The notes under the pieces: generated by a model
Seen by the model: only the letters and a program-made list of their open reading frames with translations
The model's database searches: none
What the model was told of the DNA's origin: nothing
Virus record (IMG/VR): IMGVR_UViG_3300028888_003544
DNA: 20,000 nt
Reading direction: 5' to 3' (one strand)
Source of the DNA: an uncultured virus (IMG/VR IMGVR_UViG_3300028888_003544)
Lineage: Duplodnaviria; Heunggongvirae; Uroviricota; Caudoviricetes
Made by a program: the position numbers and the translations under genes
In this document: one piece after another, positions 16,638-20,000 of the stretch
Numbering within the stretch: the stretch's first letter is position 1
Layout of the letters: each line of letters starts with the position of its first letter

Positions 16638-17771
16638 TTAGGATAAAGCCCTCTTCTCTTTGTAGTATTTATCTGGTTCTTCCTTGTACATATCGTCCAG
16701 TTTACGGTTGATGTCTCTTTCAAGGGTCTGGACGGTATAGAACCAGTCCGTCGGAACGGGACCTATTTCGTAGCGATGGGAGGCATCGCTCTCTTCCGCA
16801 TAGGCAATGACCAGCACCTTCAGGTTCGGTTTGTGGAAGAACCAGGAAAGTGAATAGACATCATCGGCTATCTGCTGAACGATCTTGTCATAAGTATATT
16901 GTGTCTGCTGCTTTCCCTCTCTGGCATCTTGGTATAGCTCGTCATCGGTACCCACATGGAAGAAGCGTCTCGGTATATAATAGCTATCCTGATGGGAGTC
17001 TAACCTGAAATGATGCTTGCCAGGAATCTTGGAAAGTTCAATGACGACAGTATCTGACAATTCTTCTTGCGAATCAATGGCTTTCCAGTTTGATATTGTT
17101 ATCCCCCTTCTTTCCAAGCCCACCAGCAATTCGTCATAACCGCACACATGCTCCCTGGCATTGTAATCGGCTGCATCCCTTAATGCAGCCAAGGGAACGG
17201 TATCGCCTGTCTTACCTATAATCAACCGCTCAAGACCATCTGATATGTCTTCATCTTCTAATACCCTCCAGTCGTCATCAACTATCGGAAAAGTAATAAA
17301 ACGGTTGCAATAGTATTTCTTCTTATCCTCTTCTGTGGCCTCACAAATCAATACGCCTTTGAGGTCGTAGAAATACGCGCCTATACGGATAACCTTTTTC
17401 TCATGATCAAGCTTCACTTCAAAGCTCTTGCGGACATCCTCTGTACTGGCCGCCTCGTTGACGTTCTTACCAGTATCATCGATTTCCTTATGGTCAACGG
17501 ATTCCAGAACCTTGAACTTTGTTTGCAGGGCATCTTCCTTGAAGTGAGGGTTATCGAGTACGTATTTCGTTTCAAACACTTTCTTGTTACCTGAACAGTG
17601 GTCCATGACGCTACAGCAGCGGAAGAAGGGATTCTTCTTCAGCTTGGAAGCAACAAGTTCCAAAACTTCATTCTCGCTACCAGTGACCACAGACGACGCA
17701 TAAGGAATGATGTTGAAAATGTCCTTTGCGCTGTTCGTATTCTTAACGTAATATGTGACTAAATATTCCAT
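16638..17771 (-). CDS. Hypothetical protein
   Basis: Long ORF. Start moved to MEYLVTYY at 17771 to avoid overlap with the divergent gene. Near-consensus -7 box TACCTTCG at ~17793-17800. Confidence 0.75.
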   Translation of the reverse strand: MEYLVTYYVKNTNSAKDIFNIIPYASSVVTGSENEVLELVASKLKKNPFFRCCSVMDHCSGNKKVFETKYVLDNPHFKEDALQTKFKVLESVDHKEIDDTGKNVNEAASTEDVRKSFEVKLDHEKKVIRIGAYFYDLKGVLICEATEEDKKKYYCNRFITFPIVDDDWRVLEDEDISDGLERLIIGKTGDTVPLAALRDAADYNAREHVCGYDELLVGLERRGITISNWKAIDSQEELSDTVVIELSKIPGKHHFRLDSHQDSYYIPRRFFHVGTDDELYQDAREGKQQTQYTYDKIVQQIADDVYSLSWFFHKPNLKVLVIAYAEESDASHRYEIGPVPTDWFYTVQTLERDINRKLDDMYKEEPDKYYKEKRALS

Positions 17772-17904
17772 CTTACTCTCAATTAGTGGCTGCGAAGGTA
17801 CGAATTTTCGATGAAATAAAGACCTATTATAGCATAAAACGTCAATAAGAAAGCAGTTTTCGCCCTTTTTTTCATACCTTTGCACCCGCTTAAGAGGTAA
17901 AAAG

Positions 17905-18219
17905 ATGAAGAAGAAAAGCTTGATTCCACAGTATCTGCAGGACGAACTCAGCAACTTAGTTCAGAAGAAGGATGCCTACACAGAGGAGGATATCGACCAG
18001 CTAAGTCGTGACTATGATTATGTCCTAAAGCAGCGGGAACAGCTGAAGGAGGCAGAAAAGTATGGTGCAATACCCAAAGAGGAAGCTGCCATCACCAACC
18101 TGACGCTAATGGTAAAGCAGTTCATCATACAGGAAACCACGAAAGATGCCGTGCGCTACCTGGAGCAAGAAAAGGAAAGACTTGATAATAGGATAAAAGA
18201 GCTGGAACAGGGTAATTAG
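17905..18219 (+). CDS. Hypothetical coiled-coil protein
   Basis: 104 aa, with TACCTTTG -7 box at ~17875 and a 3-nt gap to the next gene. Confidence 0.75.
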   Translation: MKKKSLIPQYLQDELSNLVQKKDAYTEEDIDQLSRDYDYVLKQREQLKEAEKYGAIPKEEAAITNLTLMVKQFIIQETTKDAVRYLEQEKERLDNRIKELEQGN

Positions 18220-18222
18220 ATA

Positions 18223-18690
18223 ATGGATAACAACACAAAACACAGAATACTTTTTGTCTGTCACGGGAACATCTGCCGAAGCCCGATGGCAGAGTTTGTA
18301 ATGAAGGATTTAGTGAAGAAAGTGGGACTGGAGGACAGTTTCATGATTGAATCAGCAGCCACCTCGACGGAGGAGGTAGGCAACAGCGTCTATCCCCCAG
18401 CCCGACAAAAACTGGCAGAGCACGGCATCGGTTGTGCGGGCAAAACGGCACGACAGATGACGCGCTCGGACTATAACCGCTACGACCTGCTGATAGGCAT
18501 GGACTCGTGGAACATCCGCAACATGCGGAACATTTGCGGTGGCGATCCAGAAGGGAAGATTGTGATGCTGATGGACTTCACCCGACGACCCGGCGATGTG
18601 ACAGACCCTTGGTATACAGGCAACTTCGAGGCTACATGGCGCGATGTCCTTGAAGGATGCCAGGCACTATTAGACAGATTTGCAAAATAA
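18223..18690 (+). CDS. Low-molecular-weight protein-tyrosine phosphatase
   Basis: ILFVCHGNICRSPMAE (CX5R P-loop) and DPWYTG. Confidence 0.96.
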   Translation: MDNNTKHRILFVCHGNICRSPMAEFVMKDLVKKVGLEDSFMIESAATSTEEVGNSVYPPARQKLAEHGIGCAGKTARQMTRSDYNRYDLLIGMDSWNIRNMRNICGGDPEGKIVMLMDFTRRPGDVTDPWYTGNFEATWRDVLEGCQALLDRFAK

Positions 18691-18695
18691 ATTAA

Positions 18696-18757
18696 GGGAG
18701 CCGCTCGACCACAGGTCGCTTGCTCAAGCAAGAACCCGCGATGGATGCTGCTCCCAA
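18696..18757. repeat. Terminator-like hairpin containing a REP-like double-hairpin element (18701-18734)
   Basis: Lies between convergent genes and is flanked by GGGAGC...GCTCCC. The inner element recurs inverted at 19910-19941. Confidence 0.6.
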
Positions 18758-18799
18758 ATGTTTTTAGATGTTCCTAACTTCTACAAAGCCCTGAAAGGC

Positions 18800-19225
18800 T
18801 TACGAGACCTCGATGGCCTTGGTGACTTTCTCCTTCGGTTCAGTCTTCGGCATGGTGATAGTCAGGATGCCGTCCTCAACCTTGGCAGAAATCTGGTCTT
18901 TCACCACATCGTCAGGCAGCACGTAGTTCTGCTCGTAGTTAGAGTAGCTGAACTCGCGGCGCAGATAGTGATGGTGCTTGTCCTCATGCTTGTGTTCCTG
19001 TTTGTCCTCAATGGCGATGGTGAGGTTGCCGTCGTCATTGATGCCTACGCGGCAATATTCCTTCTTAATGCCTGGAGCTGCAAGTTCCATCGTGTAGGCC
19101 TTCTCACTCTCCTTGACATTGACTGCGGGTGCTGTACTGTTGGCACGAGGCATGAAATCAGTGTTAAAGAAATCATCAAACATTGTTGGGAACCAACCAT
19201 TGCTTTTCATTAATCCGTTCAACAT
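18800..19225 (-). CDS. Hsp20/alpha-crystallin small heat-shock protein
   Basis: PAVNVKE, ELAAPG, RREFSY, LPDDV and ISAKVEDGILTITMPK. ATG at 19225 lies 8 nt after AGGAGG. Confidence 0.96.
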   Translation of the reverse strand: MLNGLMKSNGWFPTMFDDFFNTDFMPRANSTAPAVNVKESEKAYTMELAAPGIKKEYCRVGINDDGNLTIAIEDKQEHKHEDKHHHYLRREFSYSNYEQNYVLPDDVVKDQISAKVEDGILTITMPKTEPKEKVTKAIEVS

Positions 19226-19357
19226 AATCAATACCTCCTAATTATACTTTTAAAAGTTAGACAATATTTTTTATCCCTGCATTATAGCCGCCCCTTATCA
19301 AGGGGCTCTAAATCTTGATTGCCTCTGCTTGTTTGCTTCAGCTTTCACTAAGGATAA

Positions 19358-19421
19358 TGCAAGTTGCGTGCCTATGGAAAGAATCCGTGTCAGAATGACA
19401 ATCGCTGAAGTCAAACTGGCA
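19358..19421 (-). promoter_or_regulatory. Sigma54-type -24/-12 promoter (TAGGCACGCAACTTGCA, 19358-19374) with upstream palindromic activator-like sites
   Basis: GG-N10-GC with GGCACG and TTGC. TGTCA-GAA-TGACA at 19388-19400 and AGTCA-AAC-TGGCA at 19409-19421 are 21 bp apart. Confidence 0.65.
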
Positions 19422-19483
19422 CGGAATTTAAACTCACTTAAACTATGCTGACAATTTATTAAACTCGGTTAAACATTGAGGTG

Positions 19484-19852
19484 CTAAGCCAATTCTTTCC
19501 CAAAAGGTGAAAGAGCTAGCTTTGCCAGCCTAAAGTGCATCTTTCCAAACGGAATGCCAATGATGGTGATGCAAAATATGAGACCGTAGAAGATGTGGGT
19601 GAGCCATATCCAGATGCCGCCAACGAAGAACCACAGCACATTCATGAAGATGCTTAGGCAGCCAGGTTGCGACTCCCGCCATTTCACTTTCGTACCGAAT
19701 GGCCAGATGGCCAGCATACCCAGTTTCAGACTCTGCAAGCCGAAGGGGATGCCGATGATGGTTATCATCAGTATCAGTCCTGCGATGAAATACTCCAAGG
19801 CTATGTGCAGGCCCCCGAATACGATCCAGATGATGTTTCCTAACGTCTTCAT
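19484..19852 (-). CDS. yccF: YccF-domain inner membrane protein
   Basis: Duplicated GNIIWIVFGG...ITIIGIPFG...WPFG and NVLWFFVGG...ITIIGIPFG...SPFG halves. Confidence 0.92.
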   Translation of the reverse strand: MKTLGNIIWIVFGGLHIALEYFIAGLILMITIIGIPFGLQSLKLGMLAIWPFGTKVKWRESQPGCLSIFMNVLWFFVGGIWIWLTHIFYGLIFCITIIGIPFGKMHFRLAKLALSPFGKELA

Positions 19853-19909
19853 TGATTTGATTTCCTTTTAAATGTTTCTATCTGTTAGACGCATGAAAGA
19901 CAAGAAAAG

Positions 19910-19941
19910 TTCTTGCTTAGGCAAGCGGCAAAGCCGAGTGG
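19910..19941. repeat. REP-like double-hairpin element TTCTTGCTTAGGCAAGCGGCAAAGCCGAGTGG
   Basis: Second copy, inverted relative to 18701-18734. Confidence 0.6.
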
Positions 19942-20000
19942 CATCATTCTTCTTTTGTAAATTTGTAAACTGCTATTGTTGGTAGAATGACCATAAGCAA

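Noticed and set aside
17772..17954. N-terminal extension of the 438-aa ORF (also the extensions to 5909, 7680 and 16370)
   Set aside because: These extensions run through promoter boxes or overlap neighbouring genes. Downstream ATGs are more plausible starts.
18680..19213. 177-aa + strand ORF, and similar shadow ORFs (7982..8449, 3609..4040, 13220..13606, 19593..19871)
   Set aside because: They are antisense to well-supported genes and show no recognisable motifs.

Overview
Bacteroidota DNA, most likely Prevotella-like, judged from TAnnTTTG promoters and the gene families present. Core-type genes lie at the edges: a partial YgjP/DUF45-like zinc metalloprotein on the left, and LMW-PTP, Hsp20 and YccF on the right. 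Between them (~500-16,550) is a visibly AT-richer accessory island rich in DNA-acting enzymes. It holds four UDG-superfamily-like proteins (one Brig1-like, one family-6-like fusion, and a tandem intact/degenerate pair), a divergent AAG/MPG-fold glycosylase, a GIY-YIG nuclease, a PD-(D/E)xK nuclease + beta-CASP MBL hydrolase + metallophosphoesterase operon, a YopX-like protein, an agmatine-deiminase-family fusion and two WYL regulators. A candidate WYL operator (TRTGSCA-N7-TGCAYA) occurs four times, three of them at identical spacing from a promoter -7 box. Best hypothesis (inference): a WYL-controlled defence island that attacks modified or damaged DNA with an arsenal of base-excision enzymes. 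All family calls come from motifs read by eye, not from database searches.
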